From NCBI GenBank assembly GCA_947628955.1, contig CANRBX010000001.1, forward strand, positions 3,931 through 67,930: a stretch of 64,000 nt of DNA, read 5' to 3'. Every line of letters begins with the position of its first letter. Position 1 is the first letter of the stretch. This stretch comes from an uncultured Lachnospiraceae bacterium (GTDB lineage: Bacteria; Bacillota; Clostridia; Lachnospirales; Lachnospiraceae). The translations under genes were made by a program, and so were the position numbers. Below, piece by piece: positions 7,873 through 17,373 of this stretch. The notes beneath the pieces are model-generated. The model made no database searches. It was not told where the DNA came from and saw nothing but the letters and a program-made list of their open reading frames with translations.

Positions 7873-10629
7873 ATGAAGAACTTATTCCTGACGAACTACA
7901 CAGAAGAGACGTTTCTGAATAGGATCCGAGAAAATCTTCGCAGATGCACGGCATTTTATTTTTCGGTCAGCTTTGTCAAAAAGGCTGGCCTTGTGCTGTT
8001 GAGTAAAGACATCCGGGCGGCGGTCGCGAGAGGCGCAAAGGGAAAGATCATCACGTCCACTTATCAGAATTTTACGGATATTGAGTCCCTGAAAACGTTC
8101 CTGGAGCTGACGGAATACCCGAATTTTGAGTGCCATCTGGACTATGAGAGCTTTCACGACGAACAGTACTCAACGATCGGATACCATTCAAAAGGGTATT
8201 TATTTGAATATGGGGATTCCTGTGAGATCATTGTCGGGTCTTCCAATATCACCCGCTACGCATTGCTGAAAAATATCGAGTGGGATGTTTCGGTTGGCGG
8301 CGACAGGGATTCCGGGGTTTTCCGGCAGGGAATGCGGGAGTTTGAGGAAAAATGGGACGCTACGAAGGAACTGACTGCTGAACTGATCGACCGGTATACG
8401 AATCAGCTGAACTATGCGATTGAACGCTGGGACATGGATTACGATCTGGCGGCGGCGAAGGTGAAGCCGAATTATATGCAGCGCCGGGCACTGAAAGAGC
8501 TGAACCGATACCGCGCCATGGGGATCGGCAGAGCCCTGGTCGTGGCCAGCGCAGGCAGCGGAAAAACGTTTCTGGCCGCGTTCGATGCCAGCAATTTTAA
8601 TCCGGGAAGGCTGCTGTACATTGTCCATGAGGGTTCCATACTGAAGAAGTCGCTGGAGAGTTTTCAGATGGTGTTCGGGAACAGTGTCACATACGGGATT
8701 TTCAGCGGAGAGAGTAAGGAGACAGACGCGGACTTTCTCTTTGCGGGGAATGTGATCATGAGCAGATCGCTGGAGCTCTTCGATCCGGAGGCGTTCGACT
8801 ACATTGTCATCGATGAATGCCACCATGCGGCCGCTTCTACCTATAAAAAGATCATGGAATACTTCAGGCCGGAGTTTCTGATCGGACTGACCGCAACGCC
8901 GGAGCGGATGGACAACCAGGATGTCTTCGGGATGTTCGACAAGAATGTTCCGTACGAACTGCGCCTGAGGGACGCCATTATCAATGACCTTGTCGTGCCG
9001 TTTCGGTATTACGGAATCCGGGATACCCTGGTGAACTATGGATTGCCGAAGGATCAGGAGCGCAAACTGATCGCGCAGCTGTCTGAGGATGAGCACTGCG
9101 GTTTTATCGTGGGCGAGATAGAGAAGCATCGCCCGGCGGGGAAGCTGAAGGCGCTGGCATTTTGCCGGAATATCACACATGCGCGTATGATGAGCGAAGC
9201 GCTCTCGGAGCACTACCATACGGCATACCTCACCGGGAAAAACAATATCGGGGAGCGCATCCGGGCGTACAATGACTTACAGAGTGATACCTCGCCGCTG
9301 GAGATTCTGTGCACAGTCGATATTCTGAACGAGGGCGTGGACATTCCGGGTGTGAATATGGTGCTGTTTTTGCGGCCGACGGACTCGTCCACGGTGTTTA
9401 TCCAGCAATTGGGAAGAGGTCTCAGGAAATATGATAATAAGCCGTATGTGACGGTTCTGGATTTTATCGGGAACAGCTATAGGAGAAGCGTGCAGATCGC
9501 GTTTGCGCTGGGGAGCCTCGGGAACCGCTTCGTGATGGAGAAGCGGCTGATGATGTCCCTGGTCCGGGATGATTTTTTCGAGCTCGGACTTTCGGAGTAT
9601 GGCGTGGAGATCCATATTGACGATCTGAGCAAAGAAGAGATGATAAACGCCATCGACCGGGAAAATTTCAACAGCCTCGCGTATCTGAAACAGGACTATT
9701 TTAATTTCAAGAAGTATATTAACGCGGAATTTTATCCGAAGCATATGGATTTTCTGAATAATGACTGTGCGCCGGATCTGCTTCGCTTCCTGAACATTAA
9801 AATTTCGGGCCGAAAGACCTGTTCATATTACAATTTTCTGCGCGGGATCGGGGAGGAGAGCCTCCCGGTGTTTACAGATGAAAGCATCCGGTTTTTAAAC
9901 TATCTGTCCGGGATGCTCCCGTTGGTGCGGCCCTATGAGTATCTCATGTACCGGAGGCTGCTGGAAGGGGAGACTGACACAGGAACTCTGTCCGGTTTGT
10001 TGTCAGAAGAAATAAAGGGTTACACGGACGCGGCCTTTTCGCACGCGCTATTGTATATGGAACAGAGCGGATTTATAACAGTTGATGCCGGAAATATTTC
10101 GCTGAATGTTTGTCCGGATGCTGAGCTGAGGGAATACGTGAATGATCTGCTGGCCTATGGGCTGACCAGGTATCAGGCTGAGTACGGCGACGAGACCGGA
10201 TTTCTGCTCTGGCAGAGTTACCGGATGGATCAGGTGCAGCTGAAGCTGTGCAAAAACCCCGGGTACACGATGAAAGGGACGTATGTGTACGACGGGATTG
10301 TGTACATATTTGCCGGATTGAAGAAAGACGCGAGCGTTGAGGAGCATCTGAACTATAAGGATAAATTTCTGGAGCCGGCCGTTTTTCAGTGGGAATGCGA
10401 GGCCGGCCTGAGCCGGGAGAAACAGCAGGAACTGGTCGACAGCAGGAAGGCAGTCCTGTTTATCCGCAAGGTTGCGGCGGAGCATGGGGTACAGCTGCCG
10501 TTCACCTATGTGGGGGAAGGGGTCATGACGAATCCGAGGAAAACGGAAAATATCAAAGGGACGCTGCTGTTTGATATCAAGATGGATCAGGAACTCCCGG
10601 AGTATCTGCAGTATGATTTCGGATTGTGA
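7873..10629 (+). CDS. PLD nuclease - SF2 helicase - DUF3427 protein (SauUSI-like, candidate type IV restriction enzyme)
   Basis: YHSKGY...VGSSNIT (HxK/GSxN), ASAGSGKT, IDECHH, GLTATPER, LNEGVDIP, QQLGRGLR, C-terminal NYKDKF...FQWE. Confidence 0.85.
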   Translation: MKNLFLTNYTEETFLNRIRENLRRCTAFYFSVSFVKKAGLVLLSKDIRAAVARGAKGKIITSTYQNFTDIESLKTFLELTEYPNFECHLDYESFHDEQYSTIGYHSKGYLFEYGDSCEIIVGSSNITRYALLKNIEWDVSVGGDRDSGVFRQGMREFEEKWDATKELTAELIDRYTNQLNYAIERWDMDYDLAAAKVKPNYMQRRALKELNRYRAMGIGRALVVASAGSGKTFLAAFDASNFNPGRLLYIVHEGSILKKSLESFQMVFGNSVTYGIFSGESKETDADFLFAGNVIMSRSLELFDPEAFDYIVIDECHHAAASTYKKIMEYFRPEFLIGLTATPERMDNQDVFGMFDKNVPYELRLRDAIINDLVVPFRYYGIRDTLVNYGLPKDQERKLIAQLSEDEHCGFIVGEIEKHRPAGKLKALAFCRNITHARMMSEALSEHYHTAYLTGKNNIGERIRAYNDLQSDTSPLEILCTVDILNEGVDIPGVNMVLFLRPTDSSTVFIQQLGRGLRKYDNKPYVTVLDFIGNSYRRSVQIAFALGSLGNRFVMEKRLMMSLVRDDFFELGLSEYGVEIHIDDLSKEEMINAIDRENFNSLAYLKQDYFNFKKYINAEFYPKHMDFLNNDCAPDLLRFLNIKISGRKTCSYYNFLRGIGEESLPVFTDESIRFLNYLSGMLPLVRPYEYLMYRRLLEGETDTGTLSGLLSEEIKGYTDAAFSHALLYMEQSGFITVDAGNISLNVCPDAELREYVNDLLAYGLTRYQAEYGDETGFLLWQSYRMDQVQLKLCKNPGYTMKGTYVYDGIVYIFAGLKKDASVEEHLNYKDKFLEPAVFQWECEAGLSREKQQELVDSRKAVLFIRKVAAEHGVQLPFTYVGEGVMTNPRKTENIKGTLLFDIKMDQELPEYLQYDFGL

Positions 10630-10644
10630 CAGGAAGGAAAAGAT

Positions 10645-11040
10645 ATGAAGACCATAAAAGTAGTGGCCGCCGTCATCGTACACGACGGCAGAATCTTCGC
10701 GACCCAGCGCGGCTACGGAGAGTTCGAGGGCGGCTGGGAGTTTCCGGGCGGGAAGGTTGAGCCGGGCGAGACGCCGCAGGAGGCGCTGGCGCGCGAGATC
10801 ATGGAGGAACTGGACACGGAGATCGAGGTCGGCGAGCTGCTGGATACCGTGGAATACGATTATCCGAAATTTCATCTCTCGATGGACTGCTTTCTGTGCG
10901 CGGTTGGATCGGGTCATCTGGTCCTGAAGGAGCACGAGGCGGCGCGGTGGCTGACGCGGGAGACGCTGGACGGTGTGGACTGGCTGCCGGCGGATCGGAG
11001 CCTGATTGGGAAGATCCGGGAGCGGGTGTTTTCGGACTGA
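10645..11040 (+). CDS. Nudix hydrolase (MutT/NudG-like)
   Basis: Nudix box GGKVEPGETPQEALAREIMEEL. Confidence 0.92.
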   Translation: MKTIKVVAAVIVHDGRIFATQRGYGEFEGGWEFPGGKVEPGETPQEALAREIMEELDTEIEVGELLDTVEYDYPKFHLSMDCFLCAVGSGHLVLKEHEAARWLTRETLDGVDWLPADRSLIGKIRERVFSD

Positions 11041-11129
11041 GCGGACGGCGTTTGTCATGAGATCCTGCGCAAAGCGGTGAAACTGTGATCCGGTCTGATC
11101 GAGGCGGGATCTGTAGGGGGTAGAGAGTT

Positions 11130-13058
11130 ATGGACAAGTTTTTGGAATTGAAATCGGAATATGACGATCTTCTGTCTTTTCTGAGGGAGCGTCTGCCGGG
11201 GCTGGATGATGAGGCGGTGTTTGCCTACTACGCGGCGGCGGTTCTGAAGATCTGGGGAAGCAACGTGCTGTACTCGCCGGATTACGCAGAGCTTTTGTCG
11301 GTGATCTCAGGCACGCGGTACACGATGGAGCAGGTCGTCACGGCGATGGGGTGCTGCGGGGATGAGGAACGACATCTCCTTGTCCCGGACTTTGTGGCGG
11401 AACTGGCCGGGAGGGACGCGAAGTCGGGCGGGGAAGACAGAAAACCGGGCATGAGCAGTGTAAAATCCGGCGGAGCAGATAGCGGATCGGATGGTCCGTC
11501 ACAGGATCGAACGGACAGCTCTGTCTTACTGGAGAAGCTGAGCGACCTGTTCGTGGCGTCCGCCATGATCAACGGTGATTTTACGCTCGAGGAAGCGTCC
11601 GCGTTGTCCTCGATCATGGGCGTTCTGGTCCGGCACGTGGAGGCGGCCGGTGTGAAAGTGGAGATGATGCCGGACTACGGACCCAGGGTCACGGCGAGGA
11701 ACGAGAGCAGTTATCTGCAGAACGATGCGCTGGCGACGGCGGGGCGCCGGGACGGTCAGGCGGGATCGAAGAGCGGAACGGACAGAGCGGGCTCGATGAA
11801 TGGAACGGACAGAGCGGGATTGATGACAGGGGCGGATAGAGCGGGATTGATGACAGGGGCGGATAGAGCGGGATCAATGAACGGGACGGATAGAGCAGGA
11901 ACGATGACCGGAACAGGCAGAGCGGGATCGGCGGGCGACACATTGACCGGTTTCGGTGATTTGTCTGCGCCGACAGACGGCACGGATCACGCGCCCGCGC
12001 CGGTTCATATCACGGTCAATGTGAACGCGGACCATCTGTTTTCGGTCGGGCGGTCGGAGGATCAGCCCGCGGACCCGAACGGGGTACAGTCCGGGGACGG
12101 ATCGGGTGGCCGGCCGGGTGATCTGCCGCAGAACCTGTCGCAGAACGCGCCGACGGATCATCCGGACAGCCGCGGGGACACGGATCCGGCGGCCGGGCAG
12201 GGCGAGACGCTGGAGGATCTGCTGCGGGAGCTGGACGGGCTGATCGGGCTGGATCAGGTGAAGCAGGACGTCCACAGCCTGATCAATTTTATCAGAGTGA
12301 CAAAGATCCGGGAGAAGCGGGGCATGAAGGTGCCGACGATCTCTTACCATCTCGTTTTTACCGGAAACCCCGGTACGGGGAAGACGACGGTCGCCCGGCT
12401 GGTGGCGAAGCTGTATTATCAGATGGGGATCCTGCCGCAGGGGCAGCTGGTGGAGACGGACCGGAGCGCCCTGGTGGCCGGTTATCTCGGACAGACCGCG
12501 ATCAAGACGCAGAAGGTCATTCAGGAGGCGATGGGCGGCGTGCTGTTCATCGACGAGGCGTACTCGCTGGCCGGAGAGACGGACGACAGCTACGGCAGGG
12601 AGGCGATCGAGACGATTCTGAAAGCGATGGAGGACCACCGCGACGAGCTGGTGGTGATCGTGGCCGGATACACGGATCTGATGCACAAATTTATCAGTTC
12701 CAATCCCGGGCTGTCGTCCCGGTTCAGCAAATACTTTGAATTTCCGGACTATTCCGGGGCGGAGCTTCTGGACATTTTTGACCGTTTCTGTGAGAAGAAC
12801 GGATACGCGCCGGATGCGGACGCGTCGGAGCTGCTGAGACAGAGATTCGAGACGCTCTACGAGGAGCGGGATAAACATTTCGGCAACGCCAGGACTGCGA
12901 GGAACCTGTTTGAGAAGGCGATCAACGCCCAGGCGGACAGGCTCGCATGTCAGGAGGATTTCTCCGACGAGGATCTGGAGAAGATCACGGCGCAGGATAT
13001 TCTGGCGGCGACGGGAGCTGCGGGAGGTGTCGGGGATGCGCAGACAGACCTTTTATAA
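11130..13058 (+). CDS. AAA+ ATPase, CbbX/SpoVK-like, with N-terminal helical domain and repeat-rich linker
   Basis: LIGLDQVK, HLVFTGNPGTGKTTVAR, LFIDEAYSL, NPGLSSRF, FGNARTARN. Confidence 0.88.
   Translation: MDKFLELKSEYDDLLSFLRERLPGLDDEAVFAYYAAAVLKIWGSNVLYSPDYAELLSVISGTRYTMEQVVTAMGCCGDEERHLLVPDFVAELAGRDAKSGGEDRKPGMSSVKSGGADSGSDGPSQDRTDSSVLLEKLSDLFVASAMINGDFTLEEASALSSIMGVLVRHVEAAGVKVEMMPDYGPRVTARNESSYLQNDALATAGRRDGQAGSKSGTDRAGSMNGTDRAGLMTGADRAGLMTGADRAGSMNGTDRAGTMTGTGRAGSAGDTLTGFGDLSAPTDGTDHAPAPVHITVNVNADHLFSVGRSEDQPADPNGVQSGDGSGGRPGDLPQNLSQNAPTDHPDSRGDTDPAAGQGETLEDLLRELDGLIGLDQVKQDVHSLINFIRVTKIREKRGMKVPTISYHLVFTGNPGTGKTTVARLVAKLYYQMGILPQGQLVETDRSALVAGYLGQTAIKTQKVIQEAMGGVLFIDEAYSLAGETDDSYGREAIETILKAMEDHRDELVVIVAGYTDLMHKFISSNPGLSSRFSKYFEFPDYSGAELLDIFDRFCEKNGYAPDADASELLRQRFETLYEERDKHFGNARTARNLFEKAINAQADRLACQEDFSDEDLEKITAQDILAATGAAGGVGDAQTDLL
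11774..11930 (+). repeat. 27-bp coding tandem repeat (about 6 copies, GTDRAGSMN-like)
   Basis: ggaacggacagagcgggctcgatgaat and variants in tandem. Confidence 0.9.
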
Positions 13059-13944
13059 CTGGCTTCAGCGGGAGGTGAGCAGCAGCAGGATGGCCCTGGT
13101 CACGCTCTATGAGAATCGCGACAGGCTCCTGTATGTCGAGGCTCCGCCCCTGCGGAAGAGATACATGGACATATTCGGAGCGGTCGAGGAACCGGTGCTG
13201 GAGGCTGAGCTCGAGGTCTCGCTGCTCAGGCGGAAGGTCGAGATGATCCAGACCGCGCTCAACCGGAGGGAACCGGTCGATCTGGCCGCGATCGACGCCC
13301 GACTGCAGGATGAGAGGGAGCGTCAGGTGTCGGAACTCGAGCGGGAGGATCTGACGCTGAACGAGCTGCCTCAGCTGACAGAACAGCAGGAGCGCAGGAT
13401 GCAGCGGCAGTACAGGGAGATCACCAATCGGTTTCATCCGGCGGTCAACACGGATATCACGGAGGCGCAGAGGGATCTGTACCAGAAGGCGGTCGAGGCG
13501 TACAGGATGCAGGATGCGGACGAGATGGCGGTGATCTACGACGCGCTGTTTTCCCCGTCCGGTGCCGGGGATCTGAACCTGACCCTGGACGCCGGGGAGA
13601 CAGATCCCGAGGGGATGAGGGACGCGTACCGGGAGATGGCGACGGGCCTCTCTACCGATTACCGGCTTGCCCGAAAACTGTATCCCTGTTTCGCGCCGCT
13701 GGAAGAGGACCGGGTCGTCCTGGAGGCGATCCGTGGCTACGAAGAACAGCGGAAGGCGGCGGAGGATGAGATCGCGCAGATACGGAACGGATTTCCGTTC
13801 AATGCCGTATCGACGATGGACGATCGGACAAAGACGGAAGAGTACCTCGCGGAGCTTCGGTTCCGGGCAAGGCAATGCGAGGAAGAGAAGACGGAGCTTG
13901 AGGACAGGATCGCGGAGCTGACGAAGGGGAATACAAATGTCTGA
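13036..13944 (+). CDS. Coiled-coil protein with central J-domain-like segment (HPA variant)
   Basis: GGAGGT before ATG 13036; MQRQYREITNRFHPAVN...LYQKAVEAY resembles J-domain helix II-HPD-helix III; overlaps both neighbours. Confidence 0.7.
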   Translation: MRRQTFYNWLQREVSSSRMALVTLYENRDRLLYVEAPPLRKRYMDIFGAVEEPVLEAELEVSLLRRKVEMIQTALNRREPVDLAAIDARLQDERERQVSELEREDLTLNELPQLTEQQERRMQRQYREITNRFHPAVNTDITEAQRDLYQKAVEAYRMQDADEMAVIYDALFSPSGAGDLNLTLDAGETDPEGMRDAYREMATGLSTDYRLARKLYPCFAPLEEDRVVLEAIRGYEEQRKAAEDEIAQIRNGFPFNAVSTMDDRTKTEEYLAELRFRARQCEEEKTELEDRIAELTKGNTNV

Positions 13945-14398
13945 TTACCAGATTCAGGAGAAAAGCGGGACGCTGCGCTCGGGTTTTTTTGACAGGAGCG
14001 CGTTCCGGAAAAAGGGACGATCCGTGCTCGTGCTCAGGACGGCGGCCGCGGGTCTGTGTTTTCATGTGGATGACAACAGCGATGAGGGCCGCAGCCTTCT
14101 GGAAACGCTGAAGCCGGGGACGGAGCTGCGGCTCTTCCGTGAGCCGGACAATGAACACGACGAGTGGGCGATCGCGGTGTCCACCTCCGACAACCGGGAG
14201 CTGGGGTATGTGACCCGGTTCAAGAACGAGACGATCGCGCGGCTGATGGACTGTGGAAAGGTGTTCCACGCGTACGTGGACGAGCCGCCGGCGCCGGCAG
14301 GGAACGCGCGCGGCGCGCGGGATCCCGGGGCGAGGCGGGCGGCGACGGAAGATTATCGGCTGCCGTTTTCTATTTATATGGAAGATCAGGAAATCTGA
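13937..14398 (+). CDS. HIRAN-domain protein
   Basis: AGLCFH...LKPGTELRLFREPDNEHDEWAIAV...ELGYVTR...IARLMDCG. Confidence 0.85.
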   Translation: MSDYQIQEKSGTLRSGFFDRSAFRKKGRSVLVLRTAAAGLCFHVDDNSDEGRSLLETLKPGTELRLFREPDNEHDEWAIAVSTSDNRELGYVTRFKNETIARLMDCGKVFHAYVDEPPAPAGNARGARDPGARRAATEDYRLPFSIYMEDQEI

Positions 14399-14503
14399 GG
14401 CGGCCTGCCGCGGAGACCGTGGCGGGAAAGCATGCAATGATGGTGCGGGGTGGGTGAAGATCGTATAAAAGCAACTCGCCCGGTTGTGCGAAAAGGATAC
14501 TTT

Positions 14504-14736
14504 GAAGCGGATGCCAGAGTGGCATGCCCGCATAATTCCACCTCTGTTCCCGGTGTGAACCATCGCAGGCGGTACCCCTGTTCCTCCTTCACAATAAACG
14601 CTGTTTCGGACAGATTGTTTTCCCCGGCAACCTGCATCATCCATCGTTCTTCCGGCCACCTGTCCATAACGCAGACCGCCGCCGGGTTGCCGCTGAACAC
14701 TCTGTCGGTAAATGCATCCACAATATACTGCTTCAT
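14504..14736 (-). pseudogene. PhzF-family epimerase, N-terminal fragment
   Basis: VDAFTDRVFSGNPAAV, NNLSETAF, RWFTPGTEVELCGHATLASA; similarity stops near residue 77. Confidence 0.85.
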
Positions 14737-14896
14737 TCTTCTCTTCCTCCGTAACCGCTGATCTGCCCTGTGCTTCCCTGCTGCCCTGCATTGAACTCAT
14801 AGTATCTTAAAGTCTCATTCTGAATCATGTATTTCCCTTCCCCACAGACCATCTCTTATAAATCCAGGCTGCTCTCATTCAGCGAAAAACCGGAAA

Positions 14897-15367
14897 TCAC
14901 CAATGCACGAATTCTCCGCCAATGACTCCGCAAACATTCTCGTCAGACAAAATATCATATTTATCCGGGCGTCTGTACTTGTCGCCCATTATGTCGCGGC
15001 TCCTGTGCGTCCTGAGGCTGTCTAAGTCAAGCTCGGCAGCGTAAACGCCTGGAGTTCCCGGAGCCTCGAAAACACACATGTCTCTGACTCCTTCCGCCTG
15101 CCATGGAACGCCGTCGAAAAGAGCAGACCGTCCGTTGCAGTCAGGATGTCCCTCCGGGTAATTGCAGGCTGCTATTGCGGCCATGTTCTCATATGCCCTT
15201 GTCCTCAGAGCGGCCAGTCTGTTGATTTCCATCGGACACGCGTTGGGAGCCAGGATAGGCTCAGCCCCTTTTTTCTTTGCCTCTATACAGGCATTCTTTC
15301 CTGTCAGAAAATTTTCAACGAGACTCTCTCCCGGAAGGATCTGCAAAAACGCTATTTTAATATTCAT
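14897..15367 (-). pseudogene. Carbon-nitrogen hydrolase (nitrilase superfamily) with large internal deletion
   Basis: N-terminus KIAFLQ...EAKKKGA joined directly to EPILAPNACP...RAYEN; the FPE, YxK and ICxD catalytic segments are missing. Confidence 0.7.
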
Positions 15368-15485
15368 TCTGTATTCACCTCATGCGAAATGAGCATATGA
15401 GAATCCTTTATCACAATGCCCCGACACCCTGCCCGCGTCCTGGAAAAAAACTCATATGCGTTTGCCCCATGGATCTCAATCGTTT

Positions 15486-17165
15486 TCATTCCTGCTCATT
15501 CTCCCCGGCGTTTTTTGTCTCACAAATCACCGAATCTGTCTGCTCCGAATGCCTCCCGCGGATCTGCGCGCGCAGCGGCAGTACGGCGGGAGGGGCGACG
15601 GACAGCTCGTCGATGCCGATCGCCAGGAAAAACTCCAGCATTTCCGGATCCGCGGCCAGCTCCCCGCAGACGCCGATCCGGATGCCTGCGGCATGGGCTG
15701 CGTCGGCCGCCATTTTCAGGGCGCGCAGCACGGCAGGATGATGAGAATCCCGGAATCTGTCCAGGCCGTCCGCCTGACGGTCGCATGCCAGGATGTACTG
15801 GGTCAGATCATTCGTGCCCACGGAAAAGAAATCCGCTTCCCGGGCCAGCTCGCCGGCTATAAGGACGGACGCCGGCGTCTCGATCATGATGCCGGTCTCG
15901 ATGTCCCTGTCGTAGGGGATCCCCTCCGCATCCAGCTCGGCCATGACCTCCCGGCAGGCGCGCCTGCATTCCCGAACCTCCCACACAGAGGTGATCATGG
16001 GGAACATGACCGCAACCTTCCCGCAGGCGGACGCCCGGTATATGGCCCTCAGCTGGGTGTGAAATACCTCCGGACGGCTCAGGCAGAAGCGGACGCCCCG
16101 GACACCAAGGGCTGGATTCTGCTCTTCCGGCAGCCTGAAATAATCCGCCTGCTTATCCGAGCCGATATCCAGGGTGCGGATGACCACTCTCCCGCCGTTC
16201 ATGGCAGACGCCGCGGCGCTGTAGGCGCAAAACTGCTCTTCCTCCGTCGGGCAGTCCCCGGAGGCCAGGAACAGAAATTCGGACCGGAACAGGCCGATTT
16301 CATGTCCGTCGCTGGCCAGCACGGCGTCCACATCCTCCGGCGAGGAAATATTGCAGCAGACCGTCAGCTCACGGCCGTCCGGCGTCACATCTCTCTGTCC
16401 TCTCACCGCCTCCAGAAGCCTTTCTCTCTCCCGCTGCTCCTGATCCTTCTGCTCAAAAGCCGCCGCGGTGATCCCGTCCGGATCCAGAACCACCTGCCCG
16501 GTCCCGCCGTCCATGCAGCACATGTGACCGGCATAAGCTTCTTTCAGGGAACCCCCAAGGCCGCAGACGGCGGGAATGCCCATCGTGCGGGCCAGTATCG
16601 CGGTGTGGCTGTCGCCGGAGCCTTTCCTTGTCAGAAGGCCGGAGAGCCTGCTCTTGTGCCGGACAAGCTCCGAGGGGGCAAGTTCGTCTGCCGCCAGGAT
16701 GACCGGTTCCCCGGAATCAATAACGGTATCCGGGACGCCCGCCAGATTATTCAGAATGCGTCCCGCCACATCCCTTATGTCGTCTGCCCTGGCCTGCATA
16801 TAGGCGCTGTCCATCGCCGCGAACACCGCCGCGATCTCCTTCCCCGCCGTCTCCGCCGCATATTCCGCACTGCACCGCTCTTCCTCCAGGATGCCCCTGG
16901 CACGTTCTGTGTAGCTCTCATCCACGGCGAGCATGGCCTGGGCCGCAAAGAGATCCGCGCACTCGCTGCCGGCCTCCCGGCGGCATTTTTCGGCAAGTTC
17001 TTCAAGCTGCGCGGCGGCTTTTTCCTGCGCGGCGGCCAGACGGGCCTTCTCAGCCTCCATATCGGAAACAGGAATTTTGTGAGCGGCAGGAGCCGGACAC
17101 GGAAGAAAATAAATGTTTCCCTTTGCAATTCCACTGGAAATCCCCTTCCCCTGCATGAAAATCAT
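15486..17165 (-). CDS. ptsI: PTS enzyme I (PEP-protein phosphotransferase)
   Basis: GSGDSHTAILAR (phospho-His), IGLFRSEF, RTLDIGSDK, SVGTNDLTQY, GVCGELA; start moved to the RBS-preceded ATG. Confidence 0.92.
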   Translation of the reverse strand: MIFMQGKGISSGIAKGNIYFLPCPAPAAHKIPVSDMEAEKARLAAAQEKAAAQLEELAEKCRREAGSECADLFAAQAMLAVDESYTERARGILEEERCSAEYAAETAGKEIAAVFAAMDSAYMQARADDIRDVAGRILNNLAGVPDTVIDSGEPVILAADELAPSELVRHKSRLSGLLTRKGSGDSHTAILARTMGIPAVCGLGGSLKEAYAGHMCCMDGGTGQVVLDPDGITAAAFEQKDQEQRERERLLEAVRGQRDVTPDGRELTVCCNISSPEDVDAVLASDGHEIGLFRSEFLFLASGDCPTEEEQFCAYSAAASAMNGGRVVIRTLDIGSDKQADYFRLPEEQNPALGVRGVRFCLSRPEVFHTQLRAIYRASACGKVAVMFPMITSVWEVRECRRACREVMAELDAEGIPYDRDIETGIMIETPASVLIAGELAREADFFSVGTNDLTQYILACDRQADGLDRFRDSHHPAVLRALKMAADAAHAAGIRIGVCGELAADPEMLEFFLAIGIDELSVAPPAVLPLRAQIRGRHSEQTDSVICETKNAGENEQE

Positions 17166-17373
17166 CGATGTCCACCTCCCGCCGCTGGATTTGCCGCAAT
17201 TTTGTCCTTTCACACACCGTGCAAAATCAATAAATACTGGTATGGCGATCTGGTGCAGTTATCTGCGAACCGCTATGCTAATATGCCATTCACTAATTAA
17301 CTCGACTATAAGAATTTTGTTATTCCGCATAAAATAGTCATTTGTTAAGTCGAGATAATTTCAACACGCTATA

